NCBI GenBank assembly: GCA_965248355.1
Contig: OZ252098.1
Span: forward strand, 1,440,001 to 1,504,000
DNA from: Candidatus Latescibacterota bacterium
GTDB taxonomy: Bacteria > Latescibacterota > UBA2968 > UBA8231
Reading direction: 5' to 3'
DNA length: 64,000 nucleotides
Shown here: piece after piece, positions 37,249 to 47,263 of the stretch
Layout of the letters: each line of letters begins with the position of its first letter
Position numbering within the stretch: the first letter of the stretch is position 1
Notes under the pieces: generated by a model
What the model was told of the DNA's origin: nothing
Seen by the model: only the letters and a program-made list of their open reading frames with translations
The model's database searches: none
Made by a program: the position numbers and the translations under genes

Positions 37249-38010
37249 ATGCGCACGCTCCGCCTCACGGCCCTGCTGCTGCTCGCCGGCGCCGGCCACG
37301 TTTTCTCCGAGCGCGTCCAGGACCCGCCCGCGCAGGTGCCCGGGACCGTGATCCCCATGGCCTCCGGCGCCATCGTCGTCGACGGCGATCCGGGCGACGC
37401 CGCCTGGCGGCAGGCCCCGCCCCTGGAGTTCGTCTTTCCCTGGGACGACGTCTCCGGCGGCGGCGCCCAGAGCACGGTGGCGCGCATGCTCTACGACGAC
37501 GAGGCCCTCTACCTCCTCTACGAGTGCGTCGACCCCTACCTGGACGCCGAGGTGACCGAGCACGACGGGCCCGTCTACCAGGAGGACGCCGTGGAGATCT
37601 TCGTCACCCCGAATCCCGCCGACGTGAGCGCCTACTTCGGGTACGAGATGAACATCCGGGGGGTCTTCCTCGACTACCTGGCCTTCGGCGGGGGCGAGCA
37701 CGGCACCAAGAGCGTTCACTTCGAGTGGCAGAGCGAGGACGTGCGCATCGCCACCTCGCACGACGGCACCCTCAACGACCACGCCGACACCGACACCGGG
37801 TGGGTGCTGGAGATGGCCATCCCCTTCGACAACTTCCGCCATCTCGGAGGCCGGGTCCCGCCGCAGCCCGGCGACGAGTGGCGCCTGAACCTCAACCGCA
37901 CCAAGGGCCACGAGGGCCAGTTCAGCATGTGGTCGGACTCGCACGCCGACGAGGCCTCGTTCCACCACTCGGCGTACTTCGGGCGGGCCTGGTTCTCGCG
38001 CCGGCCCTGA
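37249..38010 (+). CDS. carbohydrate-binding family 9-like (DOMON-like) secreted protein
   Basis: GGAGGAG RBS, signal peptide, VDG...W, LYDDEALY, DAVEIF, EMAIPF, WRLNLNR, FH...FG. Confidence 0.8.
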   Translation: MRTLRLTALLLLAGAGHVFSERVQDPPAQVPGTVIPMASGAIVVDGDPGDAAWRQAPPLEFVFPWDDVSGGGAQSTVARMLYDDEALYLLYECVDPYLDAEVTEHDGPVYQEDAVEIFVTPNPADVSAYFGYEMNIRGVFLDYLAFGGGEHGTKSVHFEWQSEDVRIATSHDGTLNDHADTDTGWVLEMAIPFDNFRHLGGRVPPQPGDEWRLNLNRTKGHEGQFSMWSDSHADEASFHHSAYFGRAWFSRRP

Positions 38011-38021
38011 GGGCCGGACAT

Positions 38022-38741
38022 TCAGTCCGTCCAGGTCTTGCCGCCGTCGGAGGAGCGCCGGGTGGCGCGCCGCCACAGGGCGAAGTCCTCGCCCTTGATC
38101 CGCCGGATGTGGGAGACGTCGGTGGCGGCGAGCTCGACGCCGACCTCGCCGGAGCCGTCGGGGCGGTTGGTCTCGACGCGGACGCTCTCGAACTCGACAT
38201 CCTCGCGGAGCAGCTCCCAGACGGCGTGCTGGGCCCGCATCTGCCGCCGCTCCAGGGCCTCCCGCTCGAGGTCGCGGACCCGGAAGCGGACTTGCACCTG
38301 CTCCAGGTCCGGATCGAGGCGCATGCCGTAGAACCGGCCGAAGCCGTCCTCGATCAACTCGCGGACCTCGTCGAGGTGCACGGTCAGGACCGGGCGCGGT
38401 TTGCGCCTCGCCTCGCCGGCGCCGTCCTCCTCCCCCGGGCCTGAACCGGTGTCCTCCCTTTTCGGGCGCTCGTCGTAGCCTTCGAGGGAGGGTCCCCAGA
38501 TCCAGGCCTCGATGCGGAACTTCACCCACTTGCCGTCGCGGGCGACCTCCTCGACGAGGGCGCCATCGAGGAGGGTGCCGATCTGCCGGCCCTCCGGGTG
38601 GGCGCGGATGTTCTCGGTGGGCTTCTCCACCTCGAAGGTGCGCGAGGCGAAGAGCTGGGCGGCGGCGGCCGCACCGAGCAGAACGGGCACGGAGACGAGC
38701 AAACGCCGCAGAGGGCGCCGGGAGCTGGGGTCTGGTTTCAT
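38022..38741 (-). CDS. hypothetical exported protein with SH3b-like N-terminal domain
   Basis: Hydrophobic N-terminus, then ENIRAHPEG..IGTL..G.....GKWVK..IEAWIW. Confidence 0.6.
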   Translation of the reverse strand: MKPDPSSRRPLRRLLVSVPVLLGAAAAAQLFASRTFEVEKPTENIRAHPEGRQIGTLLDGALVEEVARDGKWVKFRIEAWIWGPSLEGYDERPKREDTGSGPGEEDGAGEARRKPRPVLTVHLDEVRELIEDGFGRFYGMRLDPDLEQVQVRFRVRDLEREALERRQMRAQHAVWELLREDVEFESVRVETNRPDGSGEVGVELAATDVSHIRRIKGEDFALWRRATRRSSDGGKTWTD

Positions 38742-38830
38742 GGCGGCGGAGAAGCCCTGGGTCCATGGGCCGGGGACCCGCGGTCGATCGGAGGGATGTT
38801 GCGGCGCTACGCGGGGTTGCGTCGGCAGCT

Positions 38831-38859
38831 AGCTTACCCGGGGTCCAACCCGGTGTCAA
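38831..38859 (-). promoter_or_regulatory. sigma70-like promoter
   Basis: Minus strand TTGACA-N17-TAAGCT. Confidence 0.6.
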
Positions 38860-38951
38860 GCGGAACGCCGGGTCCCCGGGAAGGTCGTTGAGCCGTCCCG
38901 CGGACTTCCTGATATTCCACCCGCCGCTGATTCCCTCGAGGCCCTTCGCCG

Positions 38952-40901
38952 ATGACCGATCCCGCCGCGCCCGGCTCCGGCGTCACCTTCCGATCCATGC
39001 TGACCGGCGTCGTTCTGTCGGTCTGCATCAACACCGGCGCGCCGTACGGGAACATGGTGCTGCGGGGCTCGTACATGGCCCTCGACTTCTCCACCGCCGC
39101 CGCCATCTTCCTGTTCTTCCTGCTCGTCTTCCTCGTGCACACCGGACTCGGGCTCATCGACCGGCGCCTCGCCTTCCGCCCGGAAGAGCTGGCGGTGGTC
39201 TACATCATGGCCATCGTCGCCTGCTCGATCCCGACCATGGGGCTCACCGAGTACCTGCTGCCCATCATCAGCGGCGCCCACTACTACGCCACCCCGGAGA
39301 ACGAGTGGGCCCTCCTCGTGCACCCCTTCATCCCGTCGTGGATGGTTCCCCAGGACTTCACCGCCGTCAAGTACTTCTACGAGGGATCGCCGCGCGGCCT
39401 CGGCATCCTCTGGGAGGCCTGGATCACCCCCCTGCTGGCCTGGGTGCCCCTGATCCTGGGCATCTACTTCTCCATGGTCTGCCTCATCGTCGTGCTGCGC
39501 AAGCAGTGGATCGTGCGCGAGCGCCTCGCCTTCCCCCTGGTGCAGGTGCCCCTGGCCATGACCGAGGACGACGGCAGCGGGCGCGCCCTGAAGCCGTTCT
39601 TCCGCAGCTGGCTCATGTGGACGGGGTTCCTGGTCCCCGTCGTGGTGGGCTCGGTCAAGGCGCTGCACAACTACTACAACTTCATCCCCACCATCGTCAC
39701 CCAGACCTCGATCCCCCTCTTCCGCAACACCGCCAGCCTGTCCATCGCTCTCAGCTTTCCCATGATCGGCTTCAGCTACCTCGTCAACACCGAGATCGCC
39801 TTCTCCATCTGGTTCTTCAGCCTCCTGGCCCGCGCCCAGGAGGGCGTCTTCGGGGTGCTGGGCGTCTCCTCGCCCGAGAGGCTGTGGTACGCCCCGCCCG
39901 AGCCGATCGTCGCCCACCAGGGCATGGGCGCCTTCGTCGTCATGGTCCTCTTCGGCCTGTGGACGGCGCGCGACCACCTGGGCGACGTCCTGCGCAAGGC
40001 CTTCCGAGGCGACCCGGACGTGGACGACAGCGACGAGATCCTCTCGTACCGCACGGCCGTGCTCGGGTTCGGCGGCGTCAACGTGCTGACCGGCTGGTGG
40101 CTGTGGATGGCGGGGATGGCCCTGTGGGTGGTGCCCCTCTACCTGGGGGTGATGTACCTGGTCTTCCTCGCCATCACCCGCATCGTCGCCGAGGGCGGCG
40201 TGGCGGCGGCGCGGGCGCCGCTGATCCCCGCCGACTTCGTGCACTCCAGCTTCGGCAACACCGTCCTCGGCCCGCAGACTCTCACCGCCCTGGGCTTCAC
40301 CTACGTCTGGGCCGCCGACGTGCGCACCTTCGTCATGGCCTCGGCCGCCAACGGCCTGCGCCTGGCCGAGGACCAGCTCGCGCGCCGCAAGCGGGCCCTG
40401 TTCTGGGCCATCGCCCTGGCCGTGGTGGCCAGCATCGCCTCGTCGATCTGGGCGGTGATGTACATGAGCTACGCCTACGGCGGCATCAACCTGAACAGCT
40501 GGTTCTTCGGCCCCGCCGGCGGGCCGGCCTATCCCTTCAACTTCATCACCCAGCAGCTGAACAACCCCGACGGCCCCGACGGCATCGGCTGGCTCTCCAC
40601 CGGCGTCGGCGGCGCCGTCATGGCCGGCCTGATGTTCGTCCGGCACCACTTCCTGTGGTGGCCCCTGCACCCCCTCGGCTTCGCCGTGAGCACCATCTCC
40701 ATGACCAACTACCTCACCCTCTCCGTCTTCCTCGCCTGGCTGATCAAGTCCGTCCTCCTCAAGTACGGAGGACCCGGCCTGTTCTACCGGGCGCGGCCGT
40801 TCTTCCTCGGTCTCATCCTCGGCCAGTTCTTCATCGCCGGCCTGTGGCTGGTCATCGACTGGCTGGCGGGGATGACGGACAACAACATTTACTGGGTCTA
40901 G
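38952..40901 (+). CDS. DUF6785/DUF6784-type (OPT-like) polytopic membrane protein
   Basis: ELAVVY.M, RKQW..RERLAFPL, EIAFSIWFF, RIVAEGG, WWPLHPLG, KYGG..Y..ARPFFLGLILG. Confidence 0.75.
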   Translation: MTDPAAPGSGVTFRSMLTGVVLSVCINTGAPYGNMVLRGSYMALDFSTAAAIFLFFLLVFLVHTGLGLIDRRLAFRPEELAVVYIMAIVACSIPTMGLTEYLLPIISGAHYYATPENEWALLVHPFIPSWMVPQDFTAVKYFYEGSPRGLGILWEAWITPLLAWVPLILGIYFSMVCLIVVLRKQWIVRERLAFPLVQVPLAMTEDDGSGRALKPFFRSWLMWTGFLVPVVVGSVKALHNYYNFIPTIVTQTSIPLFRNTASLSIALSFPMIGFSYLVNTEIAFSIWFFSLLARAQEGVFGVLGVSSPERLWYAPPEPIVAHQGMGAFVVMVLFGLWTARDHLGDVLRKAFRGDPDVDDSDEILSYRTAVLGFGGVNVLTGWWLWMAGMALWVVPLYLGVMYLVFLAITRIVAEGGVAAARAPLIPADFVHSSFGNTVLGPQTLTALGFTYVWAADVRTFVMASAANGLRLAEDQLARRKRALFWAIALAVVASIASSIWAVMYMSYAYGGINLNSWFFGPAGGPAYPFNFITQQLNNPDGPDGIGWLSTGVGGAVMAGLMFVRHHFLWWPLHPLGFAVSTISMTNYLTLSVFLAWLIKSVLLKYGGPGLFYRARPFFLGLILGQFFIAGLWLVIDWLAGMTDNNIYWV

Positions 40902-40922
40902 CAGGAAAGTCGATAATTCGAT

Positions 40923-41837
40923 ATGACGGTGAAAATGGTGATCGACTGCGACCCGGGCCTCGACGACGCCATCGCCCTGATCCTGGCCCACCGCCACGCC
41001 GAGGTGATCGGCATCACCACCGTCAGCGGCAACGCGCCGCTTCACGCGACCACGGACAACGCCCTTCAGGTGACCGCCCTCCTGGAGGCCGAAACGCCCG
41101 TCCACGCCGGCGCCGTCCGTCCCCTCGCCGGCGAGCCGGTCCACGCCACCGAGGTGCACGGAGAGTCGGGCCTGGGCGGTGTCACCCCCATTGAGCACGA
41201 CCGGGTCCCCGCGAGCGGCGATGCCGTCTCCTTCCTCCTCGACGCCGCGGGCGAGGACATCCGGGTCGTCGCCCTCGGGCCGCTGACCAACCTCGCCCTC
41301 GCCATCGAGCGAGATCCGTCCTGGGCGCAACGCATCGCCGGCCTCTCCGTCATGGGCGGCGGCACCGGCCCGGGCAACGCCACGGCCGTGGCCGAGTTCA
41401 ACATCTACGCCGATCCCGAGGCCGCGGCGCGGGTCTTCGAGTCCGGCGCCGATCTCACCATGTGCGGCCTGAACCTCACCCGGCAGTTGCGCACCGACGA
41501 CACCGTCACCGCCCGACTGCGCGGCGCCGCCTCTCCCCGGGCGCGCTTTGCCGTGCAGGCCTTCGACTTCCTCCACGACCGGGTGGAGGCGCTCACCGGC
41601 CGGCGCGACGCCGCCCTGCACGACCCGTGCGCCGTCCTGGCGGTGACCCATCCGGAGCTGCTGGAGACGCGGCCGAGGCACGTCCAGGTCGAGCTGCAGG
41701 GCCGGCTGACGCGCGGCATGACCGTGGTGGACGAGCGCCTCCTGCGGCCGCCTCCCGCGGCGAACGCCGAGGTGGCGTACTCCATCGACGCGGATCGGGC
41801 CATGAGGGTGGTGCTGAAGGCGCTGGCGGCGGACTGA
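40923..41837 (+). CDS. inosine-uridine preferring nucleoside hydrolase
   Basis: DCDPGLDD, LGPLTNLA, MGG, AEFNIYADP, LHDP. Confidence 0.95.
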   Translation: MTVKMVIDCDPGLDDAIALILAHRHAEVIGITTVSGNAPLHATTDNALQVTALLEAETPVHAGAVRPLAGEPVHATEVHGESGLGGVTPIEHDRVPASGDAVSFLLDAAGEDIRVVALGPLTNLALAIERDPSWAQRIAGLSVMGGGTGPGNATAVAEFNIYADPEAAARVFESGADLTMCGLNLTRQLRTDDTVTARLRGAASPRARFAVQAFDFLHDRVEALTGRRDAALHDPCAVLAVTHPELLETRPRHVQVELQGRLTRGMTVVDERLLRPPPAANAEVAYSIDADRAMRVVLKALAAD

Positions 41838-41838
41838 T

Positions 41839-42474
41839 ATGGAGAAGGCCCTGATCTGGGACTGCGACGGCGTGCTCGTCGACAGCGAGGGACTCAGTTC
41901 CGCCGCCTGGGAGGCCGTGCTCCTCCGCCGGGGCGTGCGCGCGCAGCTTGCCGACCTGGAGAGCTTCACGGGCCTCTCCGACGGCGCCGTCCTCGAGCAC
42001 TATCGCCGACTCACCGGTGACCGCCTGGAGGGTATCCTGGAGGAGCGCGAAGCGGAGTTCGAGCGTCTTGCCCGCGGCGCCCTGAGCACCTTCCCCGGTC
42101 TGCCCGAGCTGCTGACTCGGCTGCGCGGCCAGGGCCGACAGATGGCCGTGGCCTCCTCCGGCCGCCTGCCCCGGATCCGCTTCTCATTGGCCGAGACCGG
42201 GCTGGACGGGTACTTCGACACCGTGTGCTCCGCCACCGAGGTGGAGCGCGGCAAGCCGGCCCCCGACCTCTTCCTGCTGGCCGCCCGGCGTCTGGGAGTG
42301 CCGCCGTCGCGCTGCATCGTCATCGAGGATTCGGTGCCCGGCCTCGAGGCGGCGGCCCGGGCCGGCATGCGCGGCCTGGGGTTTACGTCGAGCCACGCGG
42401 CGCCGGTGCTGGTCGGGGCGGGGGCAGCCGGGACCTTTGATGGCTATGCGGGGTTCGAAGCCCTGCTGTGCTGA
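41839..42474 (+). CDS. HAD-superfamily phosphatase (beta-PGM/CbbY-like)
   Basis: WDCDGVLVDS, ASS, GKPAPD, IEDS..G. Confidence 0.92.
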   Translation: MEKALIWDCDGVLVDSEGLSSAAWEAVLLRRGVRAQLADLESFTGLSDGAVLEHYRRLTGDRLEGILEEREAEFERLARGALSTFPGLPELLTRLRGQGRQMAVASSGRLPRIRFSLAETGLDGYFDTVCSATEVERGKPAPDLFLLAARRLGVPPSRCIVIEDSVPGLEAAARAGMRGLGFTSSHAAPVLVGAGAAGTFDGYAGFEALLC

Positions 42475-42595
42475 GGGGTTAGCGGGCTACTCGCCCTTCT
42501 CGTGTATCGAAGAGCCTTCGCCCAGGGAAGAGCGCAGGGCGGCGCTCACATCATCGTCGCCGTGTGTGCCATGGCGACGACTGCGGCGGTGTCTA

Positions 42596-43766
42596 GTGTC
42601 CCGTCCGAGAATTAAGAAGAATCAACAAGGGCTGTCCGATGTCGCCGCCACCGTCTCCCGAGCGCGCTGGATCTTGCGCAGGATGGTCTCGCCGTCGGCC
42701 TTCCAGCGGTAGGGTTTGGGGGCCAAGTTCCGCTGCGCCAAGTAGGCTTCGATGTCGCGCACCAACTCCCCGACGCTGGCAAAGCTGCCGTCCCGAATCA
42801 CATCCTGCGTCAGCTCGCCGAAGAACCGTTCGACCAAGTTCATCCAGGAGGAACTGGTGGGGGTGAAATGGACATGGAAGCGCCGATGCCGAGACAACCA
42901 ATGCTGCACGCTCTCCTCCTTGTGGGGGCCGGCGTTGTCCACGATCAGGTGCAGCGACAGGTTCTTGGGCGTCTCGCGGTCGATCTGCTTGAGAAAGCGG
43001 AGCCATTCGACGTGGGTATGACGCGCCTCCAGACGCGCGATGAGCTTGCCGTCGAGGTAGTTGAGCGCGGCGAACAAGGTGATCGTACCGTGGCGCTTGT
43101 AATCGTGGGTCCGGGTGCGGATGTCGCCGATCCCCAGCGGCAAGCCCGGCTGGGTCCGTTCCAGCGCCTGGCACTGGCTCTTCTCGTCACAGCACAGCAC
43201 CAGCGCGCGCTCGGGGGGATCCAGGTAGAGCCCGATCACGTCCCAGAATTTTTCCTCGAAGTGCGGGTCCGTGGAGACCTTGAAGGTCTTGGTCAAATGG
43301 GGCTTGATGTCGTTGGCCTTCCAGATCCGGTGCACGCTGTCCGGCGACATCCCCGCCGCCTGGGCCATCGAGCGCACGCTCCAGCGCGTGCGCGGCTTCG
43401 GCGGCTGCGTGACCGCGGTGAGGACCTGCTCGACCTTGTCCGCCGGCAAGCTCGCCGGCCGGCCCCGGCCCTTGGCGTCGTTCAGTCCCGCCAAACCCTC
43501 GCGATCAAAGCGTTGCGACCACTTGTTCACACACGCCACACTGGCGCCCAACTCGGCGGCCACCTGCACCTGCTTGATCCCTTCGGCCCGGCGCAGGACG
43601 ATGGCCGCGCGCAGGCTGTCGCGCTGGGACGCGGAGGGGGCCCTGACGCGACGCTCCAACTCCTGTCGCTCGGACGCGGTCAACTCAAGGCGGGACACCG
43701 GGCGGGCCATGGCCTGAAGATAAGGCCTTGACTCTGTTTTTACAACTCATTTGTCGGACGCGACAC
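42596..43766 (-). mobile_element. IS630-family insertion sequence, 1171 bp
   Basis: Imperfect TIRs GTGTCCCGTCCGA / TCGGACGCGACAC flanked by duplicated TA (42594-95, 43767-68) in a CTAG context. Confidence 0.92.
42622..43710 (-). CDS. IS630 transposase
   Basis: N-terminal HTH, CCDEKS, HDYKRHGT, IVDN, SWMNLVE (DDE triad). Confidence 0.95.
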   Translation of the reverse strand: MARPVSRLELTASERQELERRVRAPSASQRDSLRAAIVLRRAEGIKQVQVAAELGASVACVNKWSQRFDREGLAGLNDAKGRGRPASLPADKVEQVLTAVTQPPKPRTRWSVRSMAQAAGMSPDSVHRIWKANDIKPHLTKTFKVSTDPHFEEKFWDVIGLYLDPPERALVLCCDEKSQCQALERTQPGLPLGIGDIRTRTHDYKRHGTITLFAALNYLDGKLIARLEARHTHVEWLRFLKQIDRETPKNLSLHLIVDNAGPHKEESVQHWLSRHRRFHVHFTPTSSSWMNLVERFFGELTQDVIRDGSFASVGELVRDIEAYLAQRNLAPKPYRWKADGETILRKIQRARETVAATSDSPC

Positions 43767-46700
43767 TAGTGGTGGTACCCCGCCGAGGTCGGGCCTCCGC
43801 CAGGAACGCGCACACGCCGTTGGCCAGGCGCATCTGGCGCACCGAGCGGCACTCGGGCTCGAACAGCCTCGGGTTCGCCACCAGGACGCAGGCGCAGCGG
43901 GCCCGGCTGGTGGCGACATTCAGCCGGTTGAGGCTGTACAGGAACTCCATCCCCCGCGGCGCATCCTCGGGAGTCGAGGTGGTCATGCTGTAGACGACGG
44001 CCGCGGCCTCCTGCCCCTGGAAGCGGTCCACGGTTCCCACCTGCGCCCGGGGACCGAGCCTCTCCTGCAGCCGGGCGACCTGGGCGTTGTAGGGGGCCAC
44101 CACGAGGATGTCCTCGATCCGCAGCGGTTTCGTCTTTCCGTCGGCGCCCCTCCAGGTGACACCTTCGCGGGTCAGCTCGGCCACCACCTCCGCGACGCGC
44201 TCCACCTCTTCGGGGCTCGAGCCCTGGTTCCCCTCGTGGTCCACCTCCTCCACCCAGAGGCCGGCGCCGCCGTACTTCGTCGGCCCCTCGATGGACTGAA
44301 GCTCCATACTCTCGCGGGAAGTCAGCTGCCCCTCGTAGAACTGCCGCGAGGTGAAGCCGCAGATCGCCGGATGCAGGCGCCAGGTCTGCTCCAGGAACAG
44401 GCCCTTGTCCGGCGGCATGACGCTGCCCTCGCCGATCACGTGCTGCAGGGCGGAGACGTCCGTCCCCTCCGGGTGGCTGCCCTTCTGCGGCTGCTCCAAC
44501 TGCTGGGGATCGCCGAGGAGCACGAGGTTGCGGGCGCAGGGGCTCATGGCCAGCACGTTGGCCAGGCTCATCTGCCCGGCCTCGTCGACGAAGAGGACAT
44601 CCACCGATCCGGCGTACTCCGGCCGCGCCCACAGCCAGGCGGTCCCCCCGACCACGTTCGCCTCGCCCGCTTCCAGGGCGGCGAGCGGCGTGTGGTTGTC
44701 ACCGACCTCCTCGATCCCCTTGGGCGGCTCGTCCGAGAACTCGCTCACCTTGTGCATGCAGGCCAGCTCCACGTGCTCCTCCGAGGCCGCTTCGATGGCG
44801 CTTTGCAGCAGATTCTCGATGACCTTGTGGCTCACCGCGGAAACGCCGACACGCCTTCCCCGCTTCACCAGCTCGACGATCATGCGGGCGCCGGCCCAGG
44901 TCTTGCCGCTGCCCGGTGGACCCTGCACCGGCAGGGCTCCGCCGTCGAGCTCGGCGGCGAGGCGTCGGGCGGCGTCGACGGCGGGCTCCCCTTCCTTGCG
45001 CAGGGGCCCGGCGGCCGTCCGCCTTGGAGCGAGGCCGAGCAGCAGGTCGCGGCCGGCGCGGGCGAAGCTCGCGGACTCTCCGGTTTTCACTCCGTTTTCC
45101 GCGGCCCACTCCCCCAGGCGCATCAGGCTCTCCCGCAATACGGTCGTACGCACCACGCCGTGCTCGAATACACAGCGCGGGCGATCCTCCTTCCTCCCCT
45201 TCCCCTGCTTGATGTCCACCGTCATGGCGACGGTGTCGATGCCGACGACGGACCCCAGCTTCCCGCCTTCCTGGTCGTAGACCTCCGCCCCTTCACCGAT
45301 CTCGACGAGCTGCTCGGGATAGGAGTACCGGTGACGCGGGTTCCTCTCCTTGCCCACCTTCGGCAACTGCTTCCGCCACTCCAGCCCGGCGATTCCCGCC
45401 TTCTCGTCGCGCAGGTCCTCCTCGGGCAGATCGCAGAGCCGGAAGAACTCCCACCACGCCGCCTTCTCCTCGCGCCAGTGCCAGTCGAGCAGGTGGGCCA
45501 GCAGCCAGCGGGCCTGCGCCTCTTCGTCCCGCTCCTCCGGCAGCGGTGACAGCCCCTCGATCAGCCGCCGGCGCAGATCCTCCAGCCTCTCCTGCCGCTC
45601 CGTCAGCTCCTCCCCGGGCTCCCCCTCCTGGGGCTGTGGCCGCGCCACCTCGACGCCGGCGGCGATCCACTCGTCGCGCCGTTGCTCCAGCCACTGGCGA
45701 AGCCGCCAGGTGGAGACGCAGTCGTCCTCGTTGTACCCGCGCACGATGTCGCGGATCTCCCCGGGCGCTTCGTGGCCCTGTCCGGTCTGCAGAAGGACCT
45801 CCATCCTGCGCTTGGGAAGGCTCACGTCCGGCAGGTCGACGCGGCGCTCGTACCCGAAGAACCGCTCCAGCTTCTTGATGGAGTAGCTCTCGACGCCGGC
45901 GCGCACCGCCTGGCGGGTCACCTGGTAGAGGTCGACGAAGGCCCCGGCGCGCAGCAGCTCGTCCACCTCCTGCGCGCGGGTGGCGTAGCGGCCCATGAGG
46001 CGCTTGAGAGCCGCGGGCTCGTACGGGGCGTAGTGGTAGACGTGCATGGCGGGATGCTCTTGCCGGCGCTCCATCACCATGTCGATGAAGTGCTCGAAGG
46101 CGGCCCGTTCCGATGGACCGTCGTGAGCCCAGGTGTGGCCGTAGGCGGGATCCCCTCCGTCCCCCGGAACGGCGGCCCATCCGAAGAGGTACTCCAGGCC
46201 TCCGTCGCCGGCGAAGGGATCGCCCTCCAGGTCGAAGAACAGGTCCCCGGCGTCGGGCTCCGGAAGGCGCGCCAGGCCGCCGCCTTCACTGACCTCGAGC
46301 ATCTCGTAGTATGGATCGGGACTGGTGCGGTCCTTGAGCTGCACGTGGGCCTGGTGCTGCGCGGCGTCCAGGCTCTCACGGCTCCCGCAGTCCGGCCTCA
46401 GATCAGGAGCCAGCGGCTCGCGGCCGAAGCGCTCCAGGGTCTCGATCCCCCACCCGGTCAGCCCGGCCCGCTGGGCGCGCGTGATCCCGGCCACCAGGCT
46501 CAGGTGATCGTCGTCGTGACGCTGGCGGTCCCAGCGCTGCCACCAGTCGCAGACGTTGCAGTGGTCGCAGGGCTCGGGATAGCTGGAGGCGCCGTCGAGG
46601 GCCTCCCTTTCGAGGCGGGCCTTCACCTGGCGATAGTAGGCCTCGTAGTGATCGACCCGGTAGACCTCGGGCTCGAACCCGGTGCCTGGGGTCACCACCT

Positions 46701-47190
46701 TGACCGCATCCGGCCGCCGGCCCTGCAACTCGCCCAGCAGCTCGGCGTAAAGGCAGAGCTGGAGGAGGGTCCCCGGTTTCGTGTTCGCCGAGAGCTTGGT
46801 GTCCACCACCTCGTAGTGGTAGTCGCCCAGCACGCTGCAGCCAGGCACCCGCAGCAGCACGTCGGCGATACCCGCCCAGCGGCCGTCCGCCAGCCAAACC
46901 TGGGCGATGGCGTCAGCCCCTTCGGCCAGGGCCCGGCGCGTCTCCTCGAGGTCTCGGCTGTTGTGCGGCAACTCCAGAATCCGCAGGCCCCCGTCCCGCA
47001 GATGGTCCAGGTAGGACCCCTCGTGCTGCAGCCCCTTCTGTTGCAGCACCTCCACGGCGGGGTCGTGCCGGTATGGCCTGTCCAGCTCTCCCTTGGTGCG
47101 CCGCAGGTCGAGCTGCGTCAGATGGCGGCAGCCGAGGTGTTTGGCGAGGTCGGTGGCGGAAAGGGTGAGACCGGAATCGGAGAAGTGCAT
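43747..47190 (-). CDS. TM0106-family RecB-like nuclease / RNase H-like / DNA2-NAM7 SF1 helicase fusion
   Basis: LSATDL, G.ADVL..VDTK, FDLEGDP, YNEDDC, QGPPGSGKT, VDEAGQ, GDPQQL, APYNAQ, GTVDRFQGQE, NRLNVATSRA. Its current stop codon lies inside IS630. Confidence 0.9.
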   Translation of the reverse strand: MHFSDSGLTLSATDLAKHLGCRHLTQLDLRRTKGELDRPYRHDPAVEVLQQKGLQHEGSYLDHLRDGGLRILELPHNSRDLEETRRALAEGADAIAQVWLADGRWAGIADVLLRVPGCSVLGDYHYEVVDTKLSANTKPGTLLQLCLYAELLGELQGRRPDAVKVVTPGTGFEPEVYRVDHYEAYYRQVKARLEREALDGASSYPEPCDHCNVCDWWQRWDRQRHDDDHLSLVAGITRAQRAGLTGWGIETLERFGREPLAPDLRPDCGSRESLDAAQHQAHVQLKDRTSPDPYYEMLEVSEGGGLARLPEPDAGDLFFDLEGDPFAGDGGLEYLFGWAAVPGDGGDPAYGHTWAHDGPSERAAFEHFIDMVMERRQEHPAMHVYHYAPYEPAALKRLMGRYATRAQEVDELLRAGAFVDLYQVTRQAVRAGVESYSIKKLERFFGYERRVDLPDVSLPKRRMEVLLQTGQGHEAPGEIRDIVRGYNEDDCVSTWRLRQWLEQRRDEWIAAGVEVARPQPQEGEPGEELTERQERLEDLRRRLIEGLSPLPEERDEEAQARWLLAHLLDWHWREEKAAWWEFFRLCDLPEEDLRDEKAGIAGLEWRKQLPKVGKERNPRHRYSYPEQLVEIGEGAEVYDQEGGKLGSVVGIDTVAMTVDIKQGKGRKEDRPRCVFEHGVVRTTVLRESLMRLGEWAAENGVKTGESASFARAGRDLLLGLAPRRTAAGPLRKEGEPAVDAARRLAAELDGGALPVQGPPGSGKTWAGARMIVELVKRGRRVGVSAVSHKVIENLLQSAIEAASEEHVELACMHKVSEFSDEPPKGIEEVGDNHTPLAALEAGEANVVGGTAWLWARPEYAGSVDVLFVDEAGQMSLANVLAMSPCARNLVLLGDPQQLEQPQKGSHPEGTDVSALQHVIGEGSVMPPDKGLFLEQTWRLHPAICGFTSRQFYEGQLTSRESMELQSIEGPTKYGGAGLWVEEVDHEGNQGSSPEEVERVAEVVAELTREGVTWRGADGKTKPLRIEDILVVAPYNAQVARLQERLGPRAQVGTVDRFQGQEAAAVVYSMTTSTPEDAPRGMEFLYSLNRLNVATSRARCACVLVANPRLFEPECRSVRQMRLANGVCAFLAEARPRRGTTTSVASDK

Positions 47191-47263
47191 CTGCGGAAGC
47201 TGCGCCAGCCGGTCCGGCCGGGCAACTGCCGCGGTGCGGAGGTGCGACGGCCTGCCGAGCTCC

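Noticed and set aside
38745..38950. Possible ncRNA in the intergenic region
   Set aside because: Explained by divergent promoter elements. No tRNA, SRP or tmRNA motifs were recognised.
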